A stretch of DNA of 17,652 nt from Candidatus Bipolaricaulia bacterium (GCA_046758705.1 JBHIAT010000066.1:1-17652), one strand, 5' to 3'. Positions 6,721 to 15,174 are shown, counted from the stretch's first letter. Notes: generated from the letters alone by a model not told the origin. Program-made: numbers and translations.

Positions 6721-7992
6721 ATGAGTGTGGCATTATCGAACAAGATCAAAGCATTCCGCTGCATCACCTGTGGCACGGTGTATCACCCGGGAGAGGTCCA
6801 GTACACCTGTCCGGCGTGCGGACACCGGCGGGGGACGCTGGAGGTCGTCTACGATTACGATGCGATTCGGGCCGGTTTCTCGAAGGCGTCGCTGGCTCAG
6901 GATCGTGAATATACCCTGTGGCGGTATCTACCGATCCTACCGATCGAAGGGCGAAAGTACATCCAACCATTGCAGGTCGGCTGGACGCCGCTCTACCGAT
7001 TCGACCGGCTTACTGAACGTTATGGCCTCGGGACTGTCTATATCAAGGACGACGGCCGGAACCCGACAGCCTCCTACAAGGACCGGGCGAGCGCGGTCGC
7101 GGTGATCGATGCCCAGGAGCGCGGCCAAAAGGTCGTCACCTGTGCGTCGACCGGGAACGCAGCCAGTTCGCTCGCCGGATTTGCGGCCAGCACCGATCTG
7201 AAGACGATCATCTTCGTCTCCAGCAACGCGCCCGAGGCCAAGGTCGCTCAACTGCTCGTCTACGGGGCGATCGTCTTCTCGGTGAACGGGAACTACGATC
7301 AGGCCTACGACCTGTGTATGGAGGCAGCGGGGCGCTACGGTTGGTACAACCGCAACTCGGCGATCAACCCGTATCTGGTGGAGGGAAAGAAGACCGGTGC
7401 CCTGGAGATCGCCGAGCAGCTCAACTGGGGGATTCCCGATCGCATGTTCGTCCCGGTCGGCGATGGCTCGGTGGTCAGCAGCGTCTACAAGGGTTTTTAC
7501 GATCTGACCCGGTTGGGATTCATCGATGAGATTCCGAGGATCGTCGGCGTTCAGGCGGGGGGCGCGAACCCGATCGCTAAGGCGTTCGAGCGGTTCGACG
7601 GAAACGAGGTCATCATCGAGGATACCACTCCGGAGACGGTCGCCGACAGCATCTCTGTGGGAAAACCTCGGGACATCGTCAAAGCGGTCACCTACGTGAG
7701 CCGATCGGGCGGTACGTTTGTCTCGGTGACCGATGAGGAGATTCTCAACGCGATCAAGGATCTGGCACGGGCGACGGGGGTGTTTGCCGAGCCGGCGGCC
7801 GCGGCGGCTTACGCCGGGTTCGTGCAATTGGCTGACGCAGGCGAGCTGGGTGAGGACGAACGGATGGTGGTCATGATCACCGGCAACGGCCTCAAGGACA
7901 TCGCCGCCGCCCGCCGAGCAACCGGGAAACCCTATCAGATTGCGCCTGAGATCAACGAGGTTGAAAAGATCTTAGACGATCTGGATCTTTAG
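6721..7992 (+). CDS. thrC: Threonine synthase-family PLP enzyme with an N-terminal Zn ribbon
   Basis: CITC...CPAC, NPTASYKDR (PLP lysine), ASTGNAASS, EGKKT, VPVGDG, ITGNGLKD. Confidence 0.85.
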   Translation: MSVALSNKIKAFRCITCGTVYHPGEVQYTCPACGHRRGTLEVVYDYDAIRAGFSKASLAQDREYTLWRYLPILPIEGRKYIQPLQVGWTPLYRFDRLTERYGLGTVYIKDDGRNPTASYKDRASAVAVIDAQERGQKVVTCASTGNAASSLAGFAASTDLKTIIFVSSNAPEAKVAQLLVYGAIVFSVNGNYDQAYDLCMEAAGRYGWYNRNSAINPYLVEGKKTGALEIAEQLNWGIPDRMFVPVGDGSVVSSVYKGFYDLTRLGFIDEIPRIVGVQAGGANPIAKAFERFDGNEVIIEDTTPETVADSISVGKPRDIVKAVTYVSRSGGTFVSVTDEEILNAIKDLARATGVFAEPAAAAAYAGFVQLADAGELGEDERMVVMITGNGLKDIAAARRATGKPYQIAPEINEVEKILDDLDL

Positions 7993-7999
7993 CAATCGT

Positions 8000-8293
8000 T
8001 CAGGGCAGGCTCCCGATAATCCTCCGGTACTCATCCTCCGTGAACGCACGGAGGGTCTCAGTTTGGACGTTACCTTGCGAAGCAGTAGAGAGAACCAACT
8101 TGGCTACCGTTTCATCATCTGGCGCCTCGATGACGGCAACCAAGTCATACTGACCGGTCACCATATAGAATGCTTTCATCTCTGCGCCCATGGCTCGAAT
8201 CGCCTCCTTGGCCGCATCAAGTCGGTTTGGACTCTCCTTGACATTCTCGATCCCTTGTTGCGTCCAGCGGAACAGCGTGATATACGTGGGCAT
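8000..8293 (-). CDS. GYD domain-containing protein
   Basis: MPTYITLFRWTQQG...GQYDLV...TETLRAF pattern; strong SD AAGGAGGTG. Confidence 0.85.
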   Translation of the reverse strand: MPTYITLFRWTQQGIENVKESPNRLDAAKEAIRAMGAEMKAFYMVTGQYDLVAVIEAPDDETVAKLVLSTASQGNVQTETLRAFTEDEYRRIIGSLP

Positions 8294-8330
8294 GGGGTCA
8301 CCTCCTTCCTCGGTGGGTTATCTTTTTCCC

Positions 8331-8359
8331 ATTGTATCGGTCGAGAGGGCGGGGCGCAA
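8331..8359 (-). promoter_or_regulatory. Putative promoter TTGCGC-N17-TACAAT for the GYD gene
   Basis: Plus strand reads attgta(8331-8336) and gcgcaa(8354-8359). Confidence 0.4.
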
Positions 8360-8382
8360 TTTCCGTCCATACAAGGCGAGAA

Positions 8383-9006
8383 TCATTTTTCCCCGGATGC
8401 CACAAATATGCTGATGCTGGCATACTCATTTCCATAACCGGATTGCGCACGGCAATTCTCACTCACATCGTCCACAGCCACATGTTTAAGTCCTGCGTCT
8501 GTAAACCACTGGCTGATGTCCTCTCTTTTGAAGCCCATCCAGCGATCGTGATGTTCGTCCCTCAAGAACTCGAAAGTGTGCTCATCCAGATCGGTAATGA
8601 TCAGTTGACCTCCAGGCTTCAGGATGCGCACCATCTCCTTGATCGCTTCCGGTGGTGACTCAACATGATGTAGATACATATTGGCAAACGCATAATCAAC
8701 GGCTTCATCGGGAATGGGCAATCTCTCTGCCTCTCCCACACGGTAGTCGATCCCTTCAACGTGGGCGAACTTCCTGTTCATCTGTTTCAGCATCGCTTCG
8801 GACTGATCCACAGCGATCACCTGCAGGCCTGTTTGAATCAGCCCTTCGGTGATAAAGCCACTGCCCGCCCCGATATCAGCGGCGATCTTGTCCGTTTGCA
8901 CACCGGCTATAGAAAAGGCCTTATCCCTGACTGCCTCCGAGAAGAAGCTTTCCCGCATCTCGTCCCATTGATGGGCCACTTCATCAAAGTATGACTCGCT
9001 GCTCAC
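8383..9006 (-). CDS. Class I SAM-dependent methyltransferase (UbiE/Methyltransf_11-like)
   Basis: Motifs ADIGAGSG, VIAVDQSEAM, GEAERLP, LHHV, RILKPGG; GTGA overlap with the GNAT stop. Confidence 0.9.
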   Translation of the reverse strand: MSSESYFDEVAHQWDEMRESFFSEAVRDKAFSIAGVQTDKIAADIGAGSGFITEGLIQTGLQVIAVDQSEAMLKQMNRKFAHVEGIDYRVGEAERLPIPDEAVDYAFANMYLHHVESPPEAIKEMVRILKPGGQLIITDLDEHTFEFLRDEHHDRWMGFKREDISQWFTDAGLKHVAVDDVSENCRAQSGYGNEYASISIFVASGEK

Positions 9007-9893
9007 CGCGCATTGCTCCTTTCAAATGCGACCATGACATCCGATGCTTCGAACCCAAACCTCTTATATAAACGAATGGCGCCTGGGTTATCCGGGCGGA
9101 CAGACAGCGTGATATCTTGAATCGAATCGAAACAGCATATCCACCTCATGGCGTGAGATAACAACATCGTTCCATATCCTTGACCTCTAACCTTTTCCTT
9201 AACTCTCACAAAGCATATTTCCGCTGTGCCAAAATCCGGTTCAGTCTCGACGTAAATATATCCTTTAAAGTCTGGCTTCTCTCTAACGATAAACAACTTG
9301 TAAAAATCATTGAGACGATTCAGGATCTCTTGATCGGTAAAGTAAACGGTGGTGGGATGTAATGCTTTGAACTCCGGGTAGTAAGTATCGGAGAATTCCT
9401 CTACAATGACTTCTTTATTCGGTTCAGGAGGTTTATGAAGCGATTTCCCCCCAAATATCATCTCCATTTCCGCATTATACCGTTTGAATCCCATTTTATT
9501 CGCAAAATTCATGCAATTTTTGTTTTTCTCATTACAAGCCAGCTTGTAAGCGGTGATTGAATCTGGGATGATCTTGTTGAGATGTTGCCAAAGACTAACG
9601 GCAATTTCGGTCCAATTTTTATGTTTGATGTATGGACCCAGCAAACGAACCATATTTTTGTCCAAGAACGCGCAAAACCCCAACACACCTACTGTGCCAT
9701 TCTCGTCTTGGGCGACGATAAAGGATTCTTCCGCAGGGATATCGGGTAACTCGTTGATCTGTTTTGCAATTTCATCGGCTTGGGTCCCGAGCCACCCACC
9801 TGATGCCTCATGTACTGCTTGTGCGTTCAGCTCCGCAATAAAATGGGATATCTCGGCGATTTGATCCTTATTGAGCGGTTCAAAGACTAACAT
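9003..9893 (-). CDS. Tandem-domain GNAT acetyltransferase
   Basis: C-terminal domain has the acetyl-CoA motif VRGQGYG and NPGAIRLYKRFGF; the N-terminal GNAT-like domain is degenerate. Confidence 0.85.
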   Translation of the reverse strand: MLVFEPLNKDQIAEISHFIAELNAQAVHEASGGWLGTQADEIAKQINELPDIPAEESFIVAQDENGTVGVLGFCAFLDKNMVRLLGPYIKHKNWTEIAVSLWQHLNKIIPDSITAYKLACNEKNKNCMNFANKMGFKRYNAEMEMIFGGKSLHKPPEPNKEVIVEEFSDTYYPEFKALHPTTVYFTDQEILNRLNDFYKLFIVREKPDFKGYIYVETEPDFGTAEICFVRVKEKVRGQGYGTMLLSHAMRWICCFDSIQDITLSVRPDNPGAIRLYKRFGFEASDVMVAFERSNAR

Positions 9894-10391
9894 AGGCTCG
9901 ACAGCAGCACCTCTATCTCTGGAATCGTGATACCCGTCCTATCGCGAAGATGCGCATATACGTTTTTTATGTGGCCGGCATTCTGCTTCATCAGCCCTTC
10001 CGCACCTGGGCGCATGCCCAGTTTGTCGGCCCCGTCGCTGAGAGACACGGAGATGTCGAATAACCTTCGCAGGCTTGCCGAACGGAGAGCTGTCCAATTC
10101 CAATAGCGAAACGTTAGGCACCGGGAAGCTGACTTCATAGAGTTGTTTCATGGCGTTAAACTCTCTTGCAGACTTTTGAGGTGCATCAGCCCCCGGATAA
10201 ATTCTCAGGATCAAATCTTCGTGCTTTCGTTCTGCGGCTTCCTGATATTCTATGGTGAACGAGTAGACTTCATTCTCCCAACCATCGCTAATTCTCGTGA
10301 GATCAGAGATTCGCGTACTCTGTCTCGATGGAAACGCTCGTTTATAAAAACCCAATAATCTGCTTTGCATCTCATTTTCTGTAGGATACAT
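9887..10391 (-). pseudogene. APH/phosphotransferase-family kinase with an out-of-frame internal deletion
   Basis: N-lobe (GWENEVYSF, LILRIYPG, REFNAM, PVPNV, FGKP) is joined near 10070-10075 to a C-terminal-like segment in another frame (LRRLFDI...LLSSLC*). The catalytic HGD and DW motifs are absent. Confidence 0.7.
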
Positions 10392-10529
10392 CAATTGACT
10401 CCGATTCAATCTTATACGTGCCGCGTGCTCCGATCAACTTCGCTTTGGCACGGTTCGGTTGACCAACCCCGGCTCGGATCTAAAGGCTCAATTTTCAGGG
10501 TATAATACCAGTGAAGCTTAAAGACGCAT

Positions 10530-10625
10530 CCGCGCCAGCGGAAAACCCACCGAAAGGTGGGGGCACAAAGCTGTGGATTCAATCAATTACATTAACTGAA
10601 CAGACAGCAGGAGGTTAACTACCCG
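10530..10625 (+). promoter_or_regulatory. c-di-GMP-I (GEMM-I) riboswitch-like aptamer, copy 1 (degenerate)
   Basis: GGAAAA-CCCACC-GAAA-GGTGGG-GGCACAAAGC core is present, but the 3' half deviates from consensus. TATAAT at 10501-10506 lies upstream. Confidence 0.55.
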
Positions 10626-10736
10626 CTCGAAAGGGTAAACCCCACGTGAGTGGGGGGCACAAAGCCACGGGTCTTAACCAGGAACAGGTGAGCAACCTCT
10701 TTGTAACTGATTAAGACTGCCGAGCTGCCGAAGGGA
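10622..10736 (+). promoter_or_regulatory. c-di-GMP-I (GEMM-I) riboswitch, copy 2
   Basis: GGGTAAA-CCCCAC-GTGA-GTGGGG-GGCACAAAGCCACGGGTCTTAA...TTAAGACTGCCGAGCTGCCGAA; GNRA loop, P3 stem GTCTTAA/TTAAGAC; upstream of a GGDEF/HD-GYP gene. Confidence 0.9.
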
Positions 10737-10827
10737 TGTTATCAGTCCCGAATATGTGTTGGGCAGTCCGACAGGCCAAGATTGTAGTAGTTGCGGTCCC
10801 AAATGGGTGGGCAGTTCATCATCGGAT

Positions 10828-10858
10828 CGGACGTCCAGATTGGGCGTCCGTTACTTAT
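10828..10858 (+). terminator. Putative intrinsic terminator / riboswitch expression platform
   Basis: CGGACGTCCA-GAT-TGGGCGTCCG 10-bp stem (one G-U) followed by TTACTTAT. Confidence 0.5.
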
Positions 10859-10889
10859 CTAGCATAAACATAAATAAGGAGGAAGTATC

Positions 10890-11162
10890 ATGACGAAGGT
10901 CCTCGATCTCAGAGTGTGGGTGGTGTGGTTGTTGGCGCTCGCGTTGTTGGCCGTTCCCGTCCTGGCTGACGACGGCGATGACGATAACAGCCCGGGCAAC
11001 GGCAAATCCCCTGTCTCTTTCACAGTGGATCACGAATTTGACGAGCCTCACGGGGCAACGACGTTGCATAAAGTCGATATCAAAATGTGCAACGGCAAGT
11101 CAAAAGGCAGGTCAAGCGAATGTATCACGGTTGACCCCGTCCGTATAGCCGGTGGACGATAG
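10890..11162 (+). CDS. Small secreted hypothetical protein (90 aa)
   Basis: SD AAGGAGG; Sec signal peptide ending in a V-x-A cleavage site (...LLALALLAVPVLA|DD); acidic mature N-terminus; two Cys. Confidence 0.7.
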   Translation: MTKVLDLRVWVVWLLALALLAVPVLADDGDDDNSPGNGKSPVSFTVDHEFDEPHGATTLHKVDIKMCNGKSKGRSSECITVDPVRIAGGR

Positions 11163-11262
11163 GAGCCGGTTCCGGTCGATAAGAGTACATAAGGGGAACT
11201 AAGGCCCGACCTAGACGACTGGGTCCGGCTCCCTGATCTTTCGGTTGGGCCTTAGACAGAGT

Positions 11263-13263
11263 ATGGCTGTGAACAATCCCTTTCTGTTGCGTTCAACCGA
11301 TTATATTGATCGAATTATTAGAGGAAGCTACGAAGCCCGGCTTTTAGCCCAGGGACGTAGTGTCGACGTTATGTTTCAGGACATGCCCGCTAAAAAAATT
11401 TTCTATTTAGATTCTGCCGAAGAATGGCCGGGGTTCGAGTTCATTTACATTCTGGAGGGAGAACTGCGCTATCTGGGGTCCGATCCCCCAACCATCCTGG
11501 GACCTGGAGATTACATCGCTCGCCATCTTACCGAGGAAAGATCTTATTTCGAGACGGGAACAGACGTCACCTTCCTTTCCTTGTGCTCACCGCCTGCCTT
11601 CAACCTCATGCGTGAGGACACCGAGGAATTCCATGAAATGGCCGAGAGGATCGAAGCCGATGAGTATGTGGATGGTCACTGCAGGCGCTTGGAGAACATG
11701 GCTGTTTGGGTTGGAGAGAAGCTGGATTTATCAGGTGAACAGATGGGTAATCTCAGCTATGCCGCCTTCTTCCATGACCTCGGTAAGGCCAGGGTGTCTC
11801 AAGAAACCCTGCAGAAGCCGGGGAAGCTCACTGAGGAAGAGTGGAAACTGATGAAAAAGCACTCGATCTGGGGCCGAGAGATGCTCGAAAAGAAAGATTT
11901 CCTCAAGGGGGCCGCCCAGATCGTGGAGCAAATCCACGAACGCGTCGATGGCACGGGCTACCCCAATAAGCTGAAGGGTCATGAGATCTCCATAGAAGCC
12001 AGGATCATCGCCGTCGTGGAGGCCTACGATGCCATGACCACCGATCGACCCTACCGAAAGGCCCTCAACAAGGAAAAGGCAATCCGTCGGTTGAAAGGGA
12101 ACGTGGGGACCCAGTTCGATGAGCCGGTCGTAGATGCCTTCATTGAGGTGATCGAAGAACGGGGTGAACCGTACAAAGAGCACCATGAAATTTGGAATCA
12201 GGAGTTGACCTACCTCAAACAGCGAGAGGCCTTCTTGAAGATTGGGGAGGGGATCCTTGCCGGTCAGGACATCCAGAAGGTCTTAAATAACGTGGTTACC
12301 GCCATCACCCATTATACTCCCTTCCAACGAGCGATGCTCACCCTTTACGATCGGCCCATCGACCCGCAGTCCATAGAACAAATCAAGATTGCTCAAGTGG
12401 CCTACGCTGGACTGGCCTCCGAGGAAGAAAAATCCCGCGAAGCCAACTCCATACTCCCTCATGAACGTCAGCTGATCTTCAATGATCATTTCAAGCTCAG
12501 CCGCTCCTATTACATCCCGCATGATCGCGTTCCTTTGCAGAGCCAACCGGAATTCATTGAGAACCAGGATCAATCCCAGTTTGCAGACACTTGGCACCCC
12601 GATGACTTACTCCTCATCCCCATGTGGGTCGAAAATCAGCAACTCATTGGACTCATTGCTGTGGACAATCCCATCCACGAGAGGCTTCCCACCCCTGAGA
12701 TGCTTGAACCTATCGAAATGTTCGCCAATCTAGCTGCGATTGCCGTTAGGGAAGCTCAACGAAAGCAACAGCTCAGAGAGATGGCCATCCGTGATCCGCT
12801 GACCCAGTTGTACAACCGGCACTACTTAGTCGAGCTGATCGAGAAGGAGCAAGCTCGAGCCCTACGCTATAACCTCCCGCTCTCGTTGATTATGGTTGAT
12901 TTTGTCGGTTTCCATGACGTCAATGATCAATTCGGGCATCTTGAGGGAGATCGCGTGCTGCAGGAGGCCGCGGCGTTGCTTCAGCAAAAAGTACGAAAAG
13001 TGGATACGATCATCCGCTACGGTGGGGATGAGTTCTTGATCGTCATGCCGGATACAGATCAGGAGCAGGCAGAGCAGACGAGCGAGCGCCTCAGAGCCCA
13101 CATAAGAAATCATGATTTTGGTTTACTATGCGGGATCGCGATCAGAACCGGATCCTCCACCTGGAAACCTGAGGAATCCAAAGAATTCGAGGAAACCCTC
13201 GAAGAGGCCGACACGTGGATGTACAAACAACACCACCGCCAGAAGGTCAGGAAGCGAGTTTGA
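11263..13263 (+). CDS. Cupin / HD-GYP / GAF / GGDEF c-di-GMP turnover protein (ORF is open from 11245)
   Basis: EFIYILEGEL...LGPGD (cupin); HDLGK, HERVDGTGYP, AYDAMTTDRPYR (HD-GYP); LLIPM...LIGLI...FANLAAIAV (GAF); DPLTQLYNR, NDQFGH, RKVD, RYGGDEF. Confidence 0.92.
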   Translation: MAVNNPFLLRSTDYIDRIIRGSYEARLLAQGRSVDVMFQDMPAKKIFYLDSAEEWPGFEFIYILEGELRYLGSDPPTILGPGDYIARHLTEERSYFETGTDVTFLSLCSPPAFNLMREDTEEFHEMAERIEADEYVDGHCRRLENMAVWVGEKLDLSGEQMGNLSYAAFFHDLGKARVSQETLQKPGKLTEEEWKLMKKHSIWGREMLEKKDFLKGAAQIVEQIHERVDGTGYPNKLKGHEISIEARIIAVVEAYDAMTTDRPYRKALNKEKAIRRLKGNVGTQFDEPVVDAFIEVIEERGEPYKEHHEIWNQELTYLKQREAFLKIGEGILAGQDIQKVLNNVVTAITHYTPFQRAMLTLYDRPIDPQSIEQIKIAQVAYAGLASEEEKSREANSILPHERQLIFNDHFKLSRSYYIPHDRVPLQSQPEFIENQDQSQFADTWHPDDLLLIPMWVENQQLIGLIAVDNPIHERLPTPEMLEPIEMFANLAAIAVREAQRKQQLREMAIRDPLTQLYNRHYLVELIEKEQARALRYNLPLSLIMVDFVGFHDVNDQFGHLEGDRVLQEAAALLQQKVRKVDTIIRYGGDEFLIVMPDTDQEQAEQTSERLRAHIRNHDFGLLCGIAIRTGSSTWKPEESKEFEETLEEADTWMYKQHHRQKVRKRV

Positions 13264-13303
13264 CACGCCCCCGTTGAAACGGGGAAGATTCTCACCTCAT
13301 TCG

Positions 13304-13327
13304 TAAGTTACCTCATAAGTTACCTCA
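13304..13327 (+). repeat. Exact 12-bp tandem direct repeat (taagttacctca x2)
   Basis: 13304-13315 is identical to 13316-13327. Confidence 0.85.
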
Positions 13328-13363
13328 GTAGATCAACTGATATGACGAGATGCAGTCCTGCAG

Positions 13364-13377
13364 ATGACTAAGGTCAT
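13364..13377. promoter_or_regulatory. Crp/Fnr-type palindrome ATGAC-TAAG-GTCAT upstream of the regulator gene
   Basis: TGA-N6-TCA geometry, centred about 42 bp before the start predicted from TACAAT at 13401-13406. Confidence 0.5.
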
Positions 13378-13423
13378 ATCCCTCGTGCTGAATTTGGATT
13401 TACAATTGGATTGGGTAAATCTA

Positions 13424-14155
13424 ATGGAGCGTACCAGTCAGCTCGATCGCTGTCGTACCGGATGTTGTACCATGATCTTCTCCGACCTGGCTGACCAGGA
13501 GTTCACCGAACTGATAGCATTGATGACACCGATCAGCTACAGCTCCCATGAGACAATCTTTCGAGAGGGCACTCCAGTCTTCGGAATCTACATTATTTGT
13601 GAAGGCTTGGTCAAGGTGGCCGAGAAGTTCGCGGATGGCAAGCAACAGATCCTGAAACTGCTCGGCCCGGGGGAGATACTTGGCGAAGAGGCTCTGTTCA
13701 TCGACGAGGTATACATTGACCACGCCGTGACCCTGTCACCTGTCAGAGTGATGTTCATCAGAGGAGAGGAGTTCCTCGATTTCCTAAAGGGGCACCCTCA
13801 GGTGACCTTCAAGTTGCTTGAGAAACTGTCTCGAGAGTTGAAAGCGTTCCAAAGCAAGCTGGTGGAGACCGCGTATGGGTGCTGTGAAGAGCGGTTGGCG
13901 CGGTTACTATGGTTGGCAGGGGAGAAGTATGGCGTGGAGGAACAAGACGGGCTTAGGATCGGGGTGGAGTTCAGCCGGGATGAACTGGCCGAGATGACCG
14001 GGGTGGCGACTGAGACAATCATCCGGGGATTGGGTCACCTGAAGGAGGCAGGGATTCTCTCGATCACGGGTCGCCGAATCACCATCCGCGATCTCCCCCG
14101 ACTGAAAGCGTTGGCCCACTACCTACCGGTCACCGCTGAAGAGAGCATCCTGTAA
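13424..14155 (+). CDS. Crp/Fnr-family transcriptional regulator (ORF is open from 13364)
   Basis: IFREG, IYIICEGLVKV, LGPGEILGE, ERLARLL, and HTH SRDELAEMTGVATETIIR. Confidence 0.9.
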   Translation: MERTSQLDRCRTGCCTMIFSDLADQEFTELIALMTPISYSSHETIFREGTPVFGIYIICEGLVKVAEKFADGKQQILKLLGPGEILGEEALFIDEVYIDHAVTLSPVRVMFIRGEEFLDFLKGHPQVTFKLLEKLSRELKAFQSKLVETAYGCCEERLARLLWLAGEKYGVEEQDGLRIGVEFSRDELAEMTGVATETIIRGLGHLKEAGILSITGRRITIRDLPRLKALAHYLPVTAEESIL

Positions 14156-14243
14156 TGACAGATCGCCAGGCACAAAGAGATTGCACCAACGATGAAGGAA
14201 GAGTGGATGTTTGATCCTCCGGGACACGAACAGAAGGTGATCC

Positions 14244-15134
14244 ATGATGGGACAGATCATTGATGGTACGAGCATCGCGCAGGGAGTTCGTGAGGAACTG
14301 AAGCCCGAGGTAAACAAGCTCCAGCAGGAGCACGGGGTGACACCGGGCTTGGCCGCTGTGCTCGTTGGCGACAACCCTGCCTCCCAAGTCTACGTCAACA
14401 TGAAGGCCAAGGCCTGTGATGAGGTAGGCACCTACTCGCGCAAGATCCAGCGCCCGGCCGACACGCCCCAAGCGGAGCTGATCCAGCTCGTCGGCCAGCT
14501 TAACGCCGATCCTGAGATCCATGGGATCTTGATTCAACTTCCATTGCCTTCCTCTATAGATGAGCCGACCGTGCTCAAGGTCGTAGACCCCGACAAGGAC
14601 GTCGACGGCTTTCACTCGATCAACCTGGGCAGGCTGCTCGCGGCCAAGTACTGGGAGGAGTTGCCCCCGTTCGTGCCCTGCACCCCTGTTGGAATCATTC
14701 GGCTGATCGAGTCCACGGGTGTGGAGATCGAAGGCAAGAACGCGGTGGTGGTGGGACGCAGCGTCATCGTGGGCAAGCCGGTGGCCATGCTGCTCCTGGC
14801 CAAGCAGGCGACTGTCACGATCTGTCACTCGCGTACCCGCGATCTGAAGGCCGTCACGCGCCAGGCCGATATCCTGGTCGTGGCTATAGGCCGGCCCAAG
14901 CTGGTCACTGCAGATGTGATCAAGCCGGGCGCGATCGTCATCGACGTGGGCGTCAACCGCTTGCCCGACGGCAAACTGGTGGGCGACGTCGATTTCGAGG
15001 CGGTCAAGGATGTGGCCGATTTCATCACCCCAGTGCCCGGCGGTGTGGGTCCGATGACGATCGCCATGCTGCTGACGAACACTGTGGAGTCGGCCAAACA
15101 CTCTGCCCTGCGCGCCGGTACGCCCACCTCTTGA
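14244..15134 (+). CDS. folD: Bifunctional methylenetetrahydrofolate dehydrogenase/cyclohydrolase
   Basis: Motifs YVNMK, GILIQLPLP, KDVDGFH, PCTP, GRSVIVGKP, IDVGVNR, TPVPGGVGPMT. Confidence 0.97.
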   Translation: MMGQIIDGTSIAQGVREELKPEVNKLQQEHGVTPGLAAVLVGDNPASQVYVNMKAKACDEVGTYSRKIQRPADTPQAELIQLVGQLNADPEIHGILIQLPLPSSIDEPTVLKVVDPDKDVDGFHSINLGRLLAAKYWEELPPFVPCTPVGIIRLIESTGVEIEGKNAVVVGRSVIVGKPVAMLLLAKQATVTICHSRTRDLKAVTRQADILVVAIGRPKLVTADVIKPGAIVIDVGVNRLPDGKLVGDVDFEAVKDVADFITPVPGGVGPMTIAMLLTNTVESAKHSALRAGTPTS

Positions 15135-15174
15135 TTCCAATCATCGCGGATCATGAGTGAGTTTAGGATATTGA

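Noticed and set aside
5569-7827. Long minus-strand ORFs (5569-6552, 6937-7827) and similar shadow ORFs such as 2961-3539, 14130-15140 and 16298-16936
   Set aside because: They are antisense to well-supported genes in GC-rich sequence and show no recognisable motifs.
10445-10463. Sigma54 promoter (TGGCACG...)
   Set aside because: No TTGC at the required spacing after the -24 element.
10728-10820. c-di-GMP-II riboswitch suggested by TGGGCA and TAGTAGTTGC fragments, plus two loose gtccc...tgggcagt repeats
   Set aside because: The kink-turn, GGAG and GCAACC elements and the supporting stems could not be built; a cmsearch would settle it.
13364-13423. N-terminal 20 codons of the Crp/Fnr ORF as given in the ORF track
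   Set aside because: This stretch contains the palindromic box and the -10 candidate, so it is more likely promoter than coding sequence.
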